Below, in pieces: positions 20,747 to 30,146 of a DNA stretch of 64,000 nt (its first letter is position 1; each line of letters opens with the position of its first letter). The notes under the pieces are model-generated. The model saw only the letters and a program-made list of their open reading frames with translations. It ran no database searches and was not told the origin of the DNA. The stretch comes from Blastocatellia bacterium (GTDB lineage Bacteria > Acidobacteriota > Blastocatellia > UBA7656). Location of the stretch: NCBI GenBank assembly GCA_963765495.1, contig CAVXWP010000007.1, positions 576,001 to 640,000 on the forward strand, written 5' to 3'. A program made the position numbers and the translations under genes.

Positions 20747-21381
20747 GCGCAGGCGGTTCCAGATGGGTGGCGGTCATTGGGGCGGGTGGGCACGCCAAAG
20801 TAGTAGTCTCTGCTTTGCAGGCTGCCGGGCACAATGTGTCGGCCGTCTTCGATGATGATCCCGGCAAACTCGGAACATCATTATTAGGCGTTTCCGTCGT
20901 GGGGGGGGTCGCTGATTTACCGGAATCTGGTTTCAAAACTGCTGTGATCGGCGTGGGAGATAATTCCATCCGAGAAAAACTTGCCCGACAGTTTGCCGAT
21001 ATCGAATGGCTCACCGTAATTCATCCCTCGGCTTATGTCCATCCATCCGTTTGCGTGGGGGAAGGAACGGTCATCTTTGCCGGGGCTGTGATTCAGCCTG
21101 ATACCCGCCTTGGAGCGCACGCGATAATCAATACCGGAGCCACCGTAGATCATGACTGTGTGATTGCAGACTACGTTCACCTGGCCCCGGGAGTGCATCT
21201 GGCCGGAGGCGTGCAGGTAGGGCGAGGCGCTTTTATGGGAATCGGGGCAATCGCATTGCCATACAAATCCATTGGGCAAAGGGCTATCGTTGGAGCGGGA
21301 GGGGTCGTAAGTATTGATCTACCGGATGGAATTACCGCTGTTGGAATGCCTGCAAGGCCTGTTGAGAAGCGAGATATATGA
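20743..21381 (+). CDS. Sugar acetyltransferase, PglD/NeuD family
   Basis: IGAGGHAKVV, GDNSIR, INTGATVDHDC, hexapeptide repeats. Confidence 0.88.
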   Translation: MSAGGSRWVAVIGAGGHAKVVVSALQAAGHNVSAVFDDDPGKLGTSLLGVSVVGGVADLPESGFKTAVIGVGDNSIREKLARQFADIEWLTVIHPSAYVHPSVCVGEGTVIFAGAVIQPDTRLGAHAIINTGATVDHDCVIADYVHLAPGVHLAGGVQVGRGAFMGIGAIALPYKSIGQRAIVGAGGVVSIDLPDGITAVGMPARPVEKRDI

Positions 21382-22496
21382 TAGAGAAAATTCCTATGTC
21401 GTCGGAAGACCTGGACGAGTCGGATGTTGAGGCCGTGCTGGAAGTGCTACGCAGCGGCCGACTGGCGCTCGGTCCGCGAATGGTCAAATTCGAGCAGATG
21501 ATGGCCGACTATATCGGCGTAAAGCATGCCGTTGCGGTCAGCAGCGGCACGGCCGCGCTTCACCTGATAGTAAAGGCGCTCGGCATCAGCGAGGGCGATG
21601 AGGTGCTCGTGCCTTCGTTCACTTTTGCCGCAAGCGTCAACGCGTTTCTTTATGAGGGCGCGAAGCCCGTCTTTATTGACATAGAGCCCGATACTTACAA
21701 CCTCGACACGGAAGACCTCAGGCGAAAAATCACCGCTCGCGCAAAGGCTGTTATGGTGGTCGATGTATTCGGGCATCCGGCCGAATGGGATGAGATTTTG
21801 TCTGTCGCAGACCTCCACGGATTGAAAATAATCGACGACTCGTGCGAGGCGCTTGGAGCCGAATACCGTGGCCGCAGGATAGGACAGTTTGGCAATGCCG
21901 CCGCGTTTGCCTTTTATCCAAACAAACAGATGACTACGGGCGAAGGCGGCATCATCGTGACAGATGATGCGGAAATAGCCTCGTTGTGCCGCAGCCTTCG
22001 CAATCAGGGCAGGGGCGAGATGGGCGCGTGGCTCGAACACGAACGACTTGGCTACAATTATCGGCTCGATGAGATGTCGGCGGCGCTGGGCTTATCGCAG
22101 CTCAAGCGACTCGAGCAGTTCCTGGCGAAGCGAGAGCAGGTGGCCCGAATGTATACCGAAAGCCTCAAAGAGTTCGATTGGGTCCGGCCTCCCGTCACAA
22201 GACCTGATGTGCGTATGAGCTGGTTTGTCTATGTCGCCACACTTGCCGAAGGTCTGAATCGTGATCGGGTTATGCAGGCTATGGAGGAGCGTGGCCTTCC
22301 CGTTCGAGGCTATTTCTCGCCGGTTCATTTGCAGCCGTATATAAGAGAGCGCTTTGGCACGGGGCCAGAGGAACTCCCCGTCACCGAAGCCGTGGCGCGG
22401 CGCACTATCGCCCTGCCTTTCCATAATAATTTGACCGGGGCGCAGGTCACTCGCGTAGTAGAAACGCTTGCCGAATCTGTGAGCCGTTTTCTCTGA
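21378..22496 (+). CDS. DegT/DnrJ/EryC1/StrS aminotransferase
   Basis: SSGTAALH, DSCEALGA, FYPNKQMTTGEGG (PLP lysine), GYNYRL. Confidence 0.92.
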   Translation: MIEKIPMSSEDLDESDVEAVLEVLRSGRLALGPRMVKFEQMMADYIGVKHAVAVSSGTAALHLIVKALGISEGDEVLVPSFTFAASVNAFLYEGAKPVFIDIEPDTYNLDTEDLRRKITARAKAVMVVDVFGHPAEWDEILSVADLHGLKIIDDSCEALGAEYRGRRIGQFGNAAAFAFYPNKQMTTGEGGIIVTDDAEIASLCRSLRNQGRGEMGAWLEHERLGYNYRLDEMSAALGLSQLKRLEQFLAKREQVARMYTESLKEFDWVRPPVTRPDVRMSWFVYVATLAEGLNRDRVMQAMEERGLPVRGYFSPVHLQPYIRERFGTGPEELPVTEAVARRTIALPFHNNLTGAQVTRVVETLAESVSRFL

Positions 22497-22767
22497 CTCC
22501 AGGCGGGACCATTTAGTTTTCAAATTAGTCTGTTGAGACAGTAGAAGACCTCTCATCCCTTGATGAACAGTCTTTTTCGAGAATTAATGGCGCTGGATTG
22601 CAAGAGAGACAGCATAGGGTTTTAGCAGTCGTAACTGGTTTTCAAGCGTCCGTCGTGGTATGCTGCAAGCCTGTTTTGGGCTTTCTAAAATCGCTTTCTA
22701 AAGATCGGATGCAATCAATGGAACAAGGGGGGCTGTTTGCGTCTCGGCGGGTCAGGGATTTGCAATT

Positions 22768-24741
22768 ATGAGTTCATTAAAGCGAGAGCAAAATTTCAGG
22801 TCGCGGATCTGGTGGTCGCGCCTTTTGACCAGAAAGACTCAACTGGGGATGGATATCTCCATACTGGTTATAGCCTTCTGGGTGGCTTATCTGCTCAGAT
22901 TCGATTTTCAAATCCCGCGCGAGAATTTCTTTCAGGCCCTCAGGCAATTTCCTTATGTGGTTATGATTCAATTCGCCGCGCTTGTCTTCGCAGGCGTTTA
23001 CACATTTATCTGGCGCTACATAGGAATGGCCGAGATAAGAACCTTTGTCAATGCTTCCTTCTGGTCTATATTGCCGGTCCTGCTTATCCGAATAGGGCTG
23101 CCTACTATGTTTCACCAGTGGAGGGTTCCGCTTTCTATAATAGTCGTTGATGCGATTCTGGCTTCGGGTGGGGTTTTGGGGCTGCGTGTTTTGAGACGCG
23201 CTCTGTATGAACAGTTTGAGAAGCAGAACCGCGCTTCCCGAAACGGCGACAGTCATAAGAAACCCGTGCTGCTGATAGGCGCGGGCCGCGCAGGCGTACT
23301 GGCTGCGAGAGAGATACGCGGACGAGGCGATGCCGACCTCGACATAAAGGGCTTTATTGATAACGATCCGCAAAAACAGGGTTCCGTCATCTACGGGGTG
23401 GAGGTGCTCGGCACGATCGAAGACCTCTCGGCCCGTGTGCATGAACTGAACATTGATCACGTAGTCATAACCATAGCCGAAGCTTCCCGCGACGTTATCC
23501 GCCGGATCGTGACCGTATGTGAACAGGTGCCCGTCAAGGTTCGCATAATCCCCGGCTTGTACGAAATACTTCAGGGCGATGTAGAGGTGACTCGTTTCCG
23601 CGACATACAGGTCGAAGACCTTCTGGGGCGCGAACCTGTATGTCTCGATCAGGAAGGCGTCAGCGAGTTTCTTGCGGGGCGCACGGTGATGGTGACGGGC
23701 GCGGGCGGTTCTATAGGCGCCGAGCTTGCCCGTCAGGTGGCGCGGTTCAACCCTTCGAGATTATTGCTGGTCGAGCGAGCCGAGTTCGCCCTTTTCAATA
23801 TAGATCGAGAGTTGCGCGAAATGCGGCCCGGCATTTCAATCGTGCCGCTTGTAGCAGACATTGGCGATGAGGGCCGTCTGCGCTCGCTCTTTGCCCTCTA
23901 CCGACCACAGGTGATACTTCACGCGGCGGCTCACAAGCATGTGCCTATGATGGAGCGCAACGCGCCGGAGGCGATAAAGAACAATGCGCTTGCCACTCGA
24001 TTGCTCGGAGAGATCGCCGGGCAAAGCGGCGTCGAAGCCCTGGTGCTTATCTCAACGGACAAGGCCGTGCGTCCTACCTCTGTGATGGGGGCTTCCAAAC
24101 GTGTCGCCGAGCTTGTGATACAGGATCTGGACCGCCGCTACCAGACCCGTTATGTTGCCGTGCGATTTGGAAACGTGATCGGCTCGGCCGGGTCGGTGAT
24201 ACCAATATTTCGCGAGCAGATAAAAAAGGGTGGCCCGGTGACGGTCACACATCCCGACATGGTGCGCTATTTCATGACGATTCCCGAAGCCGCGCAACTG
24301 GTTTTGCAGGCCGGAGCTATGGGAGAAGGCGGTGAGATTTTTATCCTCGATATGGGCGAGCCTGTGCGAATACTGGACCTGGCAAAAGATACGATCAGGC
24401 TTTCAGGATTAAAACCTTATGAAGATATCGACATAGTGTTTACGGGTGTAAGAGAGGGAGAAAAGCTCTTTGAAGAACTCGAGATCAGCGAAGAGCGAAT
24501 GGCCAAGACGCGGCATCCGAAAATCTTCATAGGCAAGATAGCGGCTTATCCCGAAGAGGTTGTGCACGAAGCGCTCGATCAACTCATTACGCTTTCGTCG
24601 AACGGACACGAGCGCGAGTTGCGCCTTTATCTGAGCAAACTGTTGCCGGAGGCGAGGCTCGAGGAGGGAACTGAGTCGAAAGATTCCTCTGCTCTGGGCG
24701 AGCCTTCCGTGGCTCCGCGACGCGCGGAGGCTACCTTCTAA
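22768..24741 (+). CDS. Membrane-anchored UDP-sugar 4,6-dehydratase (PglF/CapD family)
   Basis: N-terminal TM helices, DLLGREP, TGAGGSIGAEL, HAAAHKHVP, STDKAV, RFGNV, MTIPEA. Confidence 0.93.
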   Translation: MSSLKREQNFRSRIWWSRLLTRKTQLGMDISILVIAFWVAYLLRFDFQIPRENFFQALRQFPYVVMIQFAALVFAGVYTFIWRYIGMAEIRTFVNASFWSILPVLLIRIGLPTMFHQWRVPLSIIVVDAILASGGVLGLRVLRRALYEQFEKQNRASRNGDSHKKPVLLIGAGRAGVLAAREIRGRGDADLDIKGFIDNDPQKQGSVIYGVEVLGTIEDLSARVHELNIDHVVITIAEASRDVIRRIVTVCEQVPVKVRIIPGLYEILQGDVEVTRFRDIQVEDLLGREPVCLDQEGVSEFLAGRTVMVTGAGGSIGAELARQVARFNPSRLLLVERAEFALFNIDRELREMRPGISIVPLVADIGDEGRLRSLFALYRPQVILHAAAHKHVPMMERNAPEAIKNNALATRLLGEIAGQSGVEALVLISTDKAVRPTSVMGASKRVAELVIQDLDRRYQTRYVAVRFGNVIGSAGSVIPIFREQIKKGGPVTVTHPDMVRYFMTIPEAAQLVLQAGAMGEGGEIFILDMGEPVRILDLAKDTIRLSGLKPYEDIDIVFTGVREGEKLFEELEISEERMAKTRHPKIFIGKIAAYPEEVVHEALDQLITLSSNGHERELRLYLSKLLPEARLEEGTESKDSSALGEPSVAPRRAEATF

Positions 24742-24903
24742 GCGCGACTCTTTTTGAAATCGCGCTTGATAAATCCGGGCTATATGTTGTTATAAAAAGG
24801 TATTGACTTTGCATTATTTATTTCATATTCTGGGGTTGCCGGGAGCGGGAACGAGTGGACCTTTAGGAAAATGCGTCCCGACAGATCCGAGCCAGGAGGA
24901 GCA

Positions 24904-25560
24904 ATGAAATCATCTAGTCCGAGTCTCAGAGTATTAATCAGTTTTACTCTGGTCATAACGCTCACCACCGTCTTCACATTCCGCTCATTTGCTGCGGCTG
25001 AAAAGAGGGTGAAAGCCGAACCGGGTCCGCTGCTTCAAGAGCCTACCGGGACCGTCACAGTAGAGGGAAGCGTAAATGTAAACGGCAACGCGATCCAGAC
25101 CGGCGCGACCCTTTTGTCCGGCAGCATAATATCGACAGGCTCGGGCGGCAGGGCTACGATTGATCTTGGAACGCTCGGACGCATTGTCGTAGGCGACAGC
25201 ACGACCGTCACTTTGATATTTTCGCCCGGCAGCCTGCAGGTAACGTCGCAATGCTCGCAAACCGAGATCGAGGTGATGAGCGGCGAAGTTCGTGTGTCGT
25301 CTCCGAGCGTAGAGACGCTCACTGGCGGCAAAGAAAAGACTTATAACGGCAACGTAGTAGCCATGACAAACGGCGGCACGGATTTCGAGATTGATTGTAA
25401 GAGCAAAAAAGGCGCGGCTGGTGCCTTCACAGACGCGGGACTTCTGGGTCTGCTCGCGCTGATCGGAGTCGGTGCGGCAATTGCCGCCGGAATAGCGATT
25501 GGCGACGAAGGCCCGGTAACGCCGATCAATCAGCCGCCGGTCAGCCCAAGCGTGCCTTAA
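24904..25560 (+). CDS. Secreted hypothetical protein, FecR-like beta domain, C-terminal hydrophobic anchor
   Basis: RBS aggagga, signal peptide ending near SFA, beta-rich Gly/Thr/Val core, C-terminal GLLGLLALIGVGAAIAAGIAI then Pro-rich VSPSVP. Confidence 0.6.
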   Translation: MKSSSPSLRVLISFTLVITLTTVFTFRSFAAAEKRVKAEPGPLLQEPTGTVTVEGSVNVNGNAIQTGATLLSGSIISTGSGGRATIDLGTLGRIVVGDSTTVTLIFSPGSLQVTSQCSQTEIEVMSGEVRVSSPSVETLTGGKEKTYNGNVVAMTNGGTDFEIDCKSKKGAAGAFTDAGLLGLLALIGVGAAIAAGIAIGDEGPVTPINQPPVSPSVP

Positions 25561-25619
25561 CGAGAAGCGGACGGTTTTATAGAGAGCCTTAGCAGCTAAA
25601 TTTCAGCGAGTTCATTGTC

Positions 25620-25656
25620 AGCGCCCCGGAAGTCTTTCGACACCGGGGCGCTTTGC
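25620..25656 (+). terminator. Putative intrinsic terminator hairpin
   Basis: agcgccccgg (25620-25629) / ccggggcgct (25643-25652) followed by short T tract, 60 nt after stop. Confidence 0.55.
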
Positions 25657-25722
25657 TTATCACTTAAATTTGCCTGTCACTTAAAAGGGGTTGCGCAAAA
25701 GAGTATTTGCTGGAGGTCTGAT

Positions 25723-25977
25723 TTGGCCGAGACGTTTTGCCCTGAATGCGGAGACGATCTGCACCGCTCGCATAGTCGAGGGCTCAACGAAAAACTGATC
25801 AAATCCTTTACCTCTTACAGAGCCTACCGATGTCTCGACTGCGGATGGCGCGGATGGCTGCCCAAGAGCCAGCGTCCGTTGCTTGCAAACCGGATGGCTA
25901 TCATCCAGGCCATCATAGTTTTTGTCGCTACTATCCTCATCATCCTGATTGCCCTCTTCGTCGCGCACCGCGCCTGA
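25723..25977 (+). CDS. Small zinc-ribbon protein with C-terminal TM helix
   Basis: ggagg RBS before TTG; CPEC...CLDC; hydrophobic IIQAIIVFVATILIILIALFV. Confidence 0.65.
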   Translation: MAETFCPECGDDLHRSHSRGLNEKLIKSFTSYRAYRCLDCGWRGWLPKSQRPLLANRMAIIQAIIVFVATILIILIALFVAHRA

Positions 25978-25988
25978 AGGCGACCAGA

Positions 25989-26118
25989 GCAGTAGGCGGT
26001 AGGCAGTAAGCAGTAGGCAGTAAATACTGAACTGACGGCTACTGCTAAAGAGAGCACGGCATATGAATAGGTGGTACCCAACTCCGTTACTGCCTACTGC
26101 CTACCGCCTACTGTCTAC
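25989..26118. repeat. Inverted arrays of GCAGTAG heptamers (REP-like)
   Basis: gcagtag gcggtag gcagtaa gcagtag gcagtaa (25989-26023) and ttactgc ctactgc ctaccgc ctactgt ctac (26087-26118). Confidence 0.8.
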
Positions 26119-26243
26119 ACTTAGCTCTTGCTTCGCCGGTCTGTCTTTGTCACAATGTTAAACCATCATATCCCCGATGGGTTTTGTGTTTATTTCTGCG
26201 CGGTCCTGTACCGCCGGGTCAGCGTTAAACTTAGGAGGCGAGA

Positions 26244-27257
26244 TTGAAAGTCGCAGTAAAGATCGCTCTTTTTGTTTTATCTATTTCAGCATCAGTTGCG
26301 TGGGGCCAGTCACCCATAACAAGCCTTGCGCTCGGACCGGATCAGATAGGACAGGTCAAGGCAGCGGTAGGCATCTCGACCAGGATTTCATTTCCTGAAC
26401 CTGTACAGGAAATCATTTGCGGAGACCTGTATGACCCTGGCAGCGGCAAAGGGACTTTTGTCGTCCAGCGTAGCGGCACAGATCAGCGCCCGGGCAATGA
26501 CGTTTTCCTCAAGCCCGTGGCCTCCAAAGGTATGAGCAACATGTTTGTCAGAACAGGAGAGGGCGGCGAGCATGTCTATAACTTCGACCTTGAGATCGTT
26601 CCGACATCCCAGGCGCAAAGAGTTGTCAATATTACCTATACTCCCAAGTCTCGCTCAAAAGAGGGAGAAGACTCCTCGATGGCTCAACCCAACGGCGAAA
26701 ATCCGGGTGACCTTGAACAGCGAAAGACTCAGGTGCTGGAAGCTGCTCGCCGCCAGGCCGACGATATAGTTCGCAATGCCCGGCAGCAGGCCGACCGCAT
26801 AGCCGCCGAGGCCGAAGCCAAAGTCGCCGAAACTGAGCGGCAGTCTACAGAACGGCTCCAGCAGGAACGCTTTCGCTCCTTCATGAGGGCCTATATGCTT
26901 GGTGTTCGCGAAACCAAAATCAAGAACTCCCGCGTGGCCGTCAACAAAGTAGTGCTGGCGCTTGATCCAAAGATTTTCACCTTCGACGATAAAGCCTTTG
27001 TGCGTTACACGATTCAAAATGGGGGCGATCAGCCTTTTAGCTTTGTCTCTTTGTCGCTTGAAACGACCTACGGCGATGAGACTCGCCCCGTCACATCTGA
27101 GTCGGTTCAGACAAAGACGGAAAACAAGCTTGACCCGGGCGAATCGCTCACAGGCGTTATAGCCTATGATCCGAAACAGATCGGGGCAAAGGACAAGCTG
27201 GCGCTTGTGATGCGCGGAGAGGAAAAGGCCGAAATCCTGCGCGTTAATATTCAGTAG
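26244..27257 (+). CDS. Secreted protein with VirB9/TrbG-like N-terminal domain and coiled-coil
   Basis: Signal peptide; STRISFPEPV...NDVFLKP...SNMFVRT...YNFDL pattern recalls VirB9/CagX/TrbG; central ARRQADDIVRNARQQAD coiled-coil. Confidence 0.5.
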   Translation: MKVAVKIALFVLSISASVAWGQSPITSLALGPDQIGQVKAAVGISTRISFPEPVQEIICGDLYDPGSGKGTFVVQRSGTDQRPGNDVFLKPVASKGMSNMFVRTGEGGEHVYNFDLEIVPTSQAQRVVNITYTPKSRSKEGEDSSMAQPNGENPGDLEQRKTQVLEAARRQADDIVRNARQQADRIAAEAEAKVAETERQSTERLQQERFRSFMRAYMLGVRETKIKNSRVAVNKVVLALDPKIFTFDDKAFVRYTIQNGGDQPFSFVSLSLETTYGDETRPVTSESVQTKTENKLDPGESLTGVIAYDPKQIGAKDKLALVMRGEEKAEILRVNIQ

Positions 27258-27263
27258 ATATCT

Positions 27264-28019
27264 ATGAAGAAGCTAGCTGCACTCATTATTTTATTGGTTG
27301 CGCACGGGCTTGCAGAGGCGCAACAGCAGAGCATGTCTGCGCCTTCCCATTCCCCTATACCTATGCGTGTTACCAGCCAACAACCGGCTGATTCCAGGGA
27401 GAAGGTTGGGCAGGCTGAAAGCGAGAAGTCTCCTGCGCCCCCGACCGTGCAAATTAAGGCGATCACGGGCCGTCATATATCTACGAATAACCCGGCCCTT
27501 GATCAGATGGTGAAAGAGGCCGCCGCTCAGTACGGGATCGACCCCTGTTTGATAGTTTCCGTGATGAAGGCCGAGTCGTCATTTCACCTCGGAGCCGTAT
27601 CACCGAAAGGCGCTTCCGGGTTGATGCAGTTGATGCCTGCAACAGCGATCAGATTCGGAGTCCGAAATATATTTGATGCGCGAGAGAATGTCTTTGGCGG
27701 CGCGCGGTATTTGCGCTGGCTTCTGGATCGCTTTAACGGCGACGTGCGGCTCGCGCTCGCCGGATACAACGCGGGCGAGGGTGCCGTAGAGTTTTACGGT
27801 TATCGCATACCGCCTTTTCTCGAAACGCAGAATTATGTGCGAATGATCTATGCGCGCTACAGCGGTATTCACCTTACCTCGCCGCCCGAAGCGCCTGTAA
27901 CCGTTCAACCTGCGCCATCTGAGGTCGCCGAGGAAAAGACTCCTACCTATAACTACAACCAGGTCGTCAAGGGCTCTTCTTCGAGTCTGCCGGACGCGGA
28001 TGTAAAGGTTAAGCAATGA
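27264..28019 (+). CDS. Lytic transglycosylase (SLT domain), secreted
   Basis: MKAESSF (catalytic E), SPKGASGLMQLMPATA, GGARYL, AGYNAGEG, ETQNYV. Confidence 0.92.
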   Translation: MKKLAALIILLVAHGLAEAQQQSMSAPSHSPIPMRVTSQQPADSREKVGQAESEKSPAPPTVQIKAITGRHISTNNPALDQMVKEAAAQYGIDPCLIVSVMKAESSFHLGAVSPKGASGLMQLMPATAIRFGVRNIFDARENVFGGARYLRWLLDRFNGDVRLALAGYNAGEGAVEFYGYRIPPFLETQNYVRMIYARYSGIHLTSPPEAPVTVQPAPSEVAEEKTPTYNYNQVVKGSSSSLPDADVKVKQ

Positions 28020-28128
28020 AGCTTTCATCCGGGCTGCCGGTCTGTTAGGCTGCCTGTCTGTCATCGCAGACACCATTGATGAGACCGGAATATTGATTGA
28101 GGAAGCCTGCCCCGCTTATTCCTGAGAG

Positions 28129-28548
28129 GTGGAAACATTGGATGTTAAACTGGAAGTGGCTCTCAAAAAGCACAGACAGTGGTTTGGGTCGTATAAGAAA
28201 TCGGGCGATTTGAAAAAGGTCCAGGTATGGCTCACAGTCAATGAAGGGCGGATTGAATTTATGTCTGCGGCTGAATCCTACAAGGTAAAACGCGCCCGCA
28301 GAAATCCACAGGTCGTCTGCTTCATTGGCAGCGAGAACGGTCCTTCGATTTCGGGAACCGCAGAGATCGTCACAGACAAACAGGCTTTGTGGCGCACCTA
28401 TCGCGCATATTGGAAGACTCATCCCTTGGGTATGCTCCTTTTATTTCTGGTGCTTCGCAGCCGTATAAAATCCGGCACGCAGGTGCAGGTTCGCGTGCGC
28501 CCGGATGAGCCTAACCCGCTTGCGGGGGTCTCTGATCCTGAACTGTGA
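28129..28548 (+). CDS. Pyridoxamine 5'-phosphate oxidase-like (split-barrel) protein
   Basis: KKSG...VW, SYKVKRARRNPQV, GTAEIV pattern. Confidence 0.68.
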   Translation: METLDVKLEVALKKHRQWFGSYKKSGDLKKVQVWLTVNEGRIEFMSAAESYKVKRARRNPQVVCFIGSENGPSISGTAEIVTDKQALWRTYRAYWKTHPLGMLLLFLVLRSRIKSGTQVQVRVRPDEPNPLAGVSDPEL

Positions 28549-28676
28549 GAGATGCACCCGCGTTTTGTGTTCCGGGTATTTAGCGCCTCAACATATACTG
28601 TTGATACGGCGCACGCATAGGCAGGCGTTTGAGTCGGTAGAGGATCGAAGTTAAATCTGGGAGGAAGATCGAGCAA

Positions 28677-30128
28677 GTGAATATTTGTATTATAGGAACC
28701 GGGTATGTGGGTCTGGTTACCGGAGCGAGCCTGGCTTATCTGGATAACTCTGTCTGCTGTGTTGATATTGACAGGCAGAAGATAAGCAGACTGAAGGCGG
28801 GCCAGTCCCCGATCTTTGAGCCGGGCATAGAAGAGTTGATAGAGTCGGGAATAAAGGCCGGGCGATTGTCGTTTACCACCGATCTGGATGAAGCGATGCT
28901 TAATGCCGAGGTCATCTTTATCGCGGTAGGCACTCCGCCCCTGGCCGATGGAAGTTCCGATCTGAGTTATGTGAAATCGGCGGCACAGGGAATCGGGCGC
29001 GGCATTCTGGCAAATCACGGCAGCGGCCTTTTCAAGATCATAATAAATAAATCCACCGTCCCCGTCGGCAGCGGCAACTGGGTCGAGATGATCGTGCGAG
29101 AGCAGGTTCGCTCGCTTATCGCCACATCCGTCTTCAAAACGGATATACCAAACAATGACCGATCACAGAAAGTGCGCGAAATGGTCGATGAGATTTCGTC
29201 TACTTTTACCGTAGTCAGCAACCCGGAATTCCTCAGAGAAGGAACGGCGATCAGCGACACTTTTTATCCCGACAGGATTGTCATAGGCGCAAACGACGAG
29301 CGCGCTTTTCAGGTGCTTGAACGGCTCTACCGCCCGCTGCTCGATCAGAGCTTCGATCCTCCTCCCTCGATTTTGTCCCGCCCAAAGAATTTCGGGGCTG
29401 TGCCTCTTGTGACTACCGATCTGACGAGCGCCGAGATGATAAAATATGCGGCCAATGCTTTTCTGGCCATGAAGATCAGTTTTGCAAACGAGATCGCAAA
29501 TGTCTGCGAGCAGACCGGAGCAGACATCCTGCGAGTGATGCAGGGCATAGGGCTTGACGAGCGCATAGGAACCGGCTTTCTGAACGCCGGAATAGGCTGG
29601 GGCGGTAGCTGCTTTGGCAAAGATATATCAGCCCTGATACAGATCGCCCGCGAATATAACTATCACCCGCAGTTGCTCGAAGCGGTGAGCGCGGTCAACC
29701 GGCGACAGCGATCCGTGCTTATTCAAAAGCTTCAGGGAGCACTCAAGATAATCAAAGGTCGAACCATAGGGCTATTGGGACTCTCCTTCAAACCCAACAC
29801 GGATGATGTTCGCGATGCGCCGAGTTTCGACATCGCATCGGAACTGGTCAAGATGGGTGCGCGTGTAAAAGTCTATGACCCGGTAGCGATGGACTCATTC
29901 CGGGCGCAGCATCCCGATCTCGATCTGATCTATGCCCCAAACGTCACAGAACTGGCCGATGATTGCGATGCACTGGTCGTGGTCACCGAGTGGGAAGAGT
30001 TTCGTCAGCTTGACCTGAAATCGCTGCACAGGGAGATGACCGGGTGCGTACTTGTGGACGGGCGGAACGTTTTTGATGCGGCGGCTGCGACCGCAGTCGG
30101 ATTCAATTACATCGGAATTGGCAGATAA
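28677..30128 (+). CDS. ugd: UDP-glucose/GDP-mannose dehydrogenase family protein
   Basis: IGTGYVG, KSTVPVG, NPEFLREG, KYAANAFLA, GWGGSCFGKD, FKPNTDD. Confidence 0.93.
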   Translation: MNICIIGTGYVGLVTGASLAYLDNSVCCVDIDRQKISRLKAGQSPIFEPGIEELIESGIKAGRLSFTTDLDEAMLNAEVIFIAVGTPPLADGSSDLSYVKSAAQGIGRGILANHGSGLFKIIINKSTVPVGSGNWVEMIVREQVRSLIATSVFKTDIPNNDRSQKVREMVDEISSTFTVVSNPEFLREGTAISDTFYPDRIVIGANDERAFQVLERLYRPLLDQSFDPPPSILSRPKNFGAVPLVTTDLTSAEMIKYAANAFLAMKISFANEIANVCEQTGADILRVMQGIGLDERIGTGFLNAGIGWGGSCFGKDISALIQIAREYNYHPQLLEAVSAVNRRQRSVLIQKLQGALKIIKGRTIGLLGLSFKPNTDDVRDAPSFDIASELVKMGARVKVYDPVAMDSFRAQHPDLDLIYAPNVTELADDCDALVVVTEWEEFRQLDLKSLHREMTGCVLVDGRNVFDAAAATAVGFNYIGIGR

Positions 30129-30146
30129 ACCCCAGGCGACTCGATT

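Noticed and set aside
24795-24830. Sigma70 promoter in AT-rich stretch (TTGACT...CATATT)
   Set aside because: Spacer is only 15 nt; plausible but not well enough supported
25989-26118. Possible CRISPR array or the 85-aa ORF (YCLLPTAYC)
   Set aside because: Heptamer repeats in inverted orientation; the ORF is a translation of the repeat
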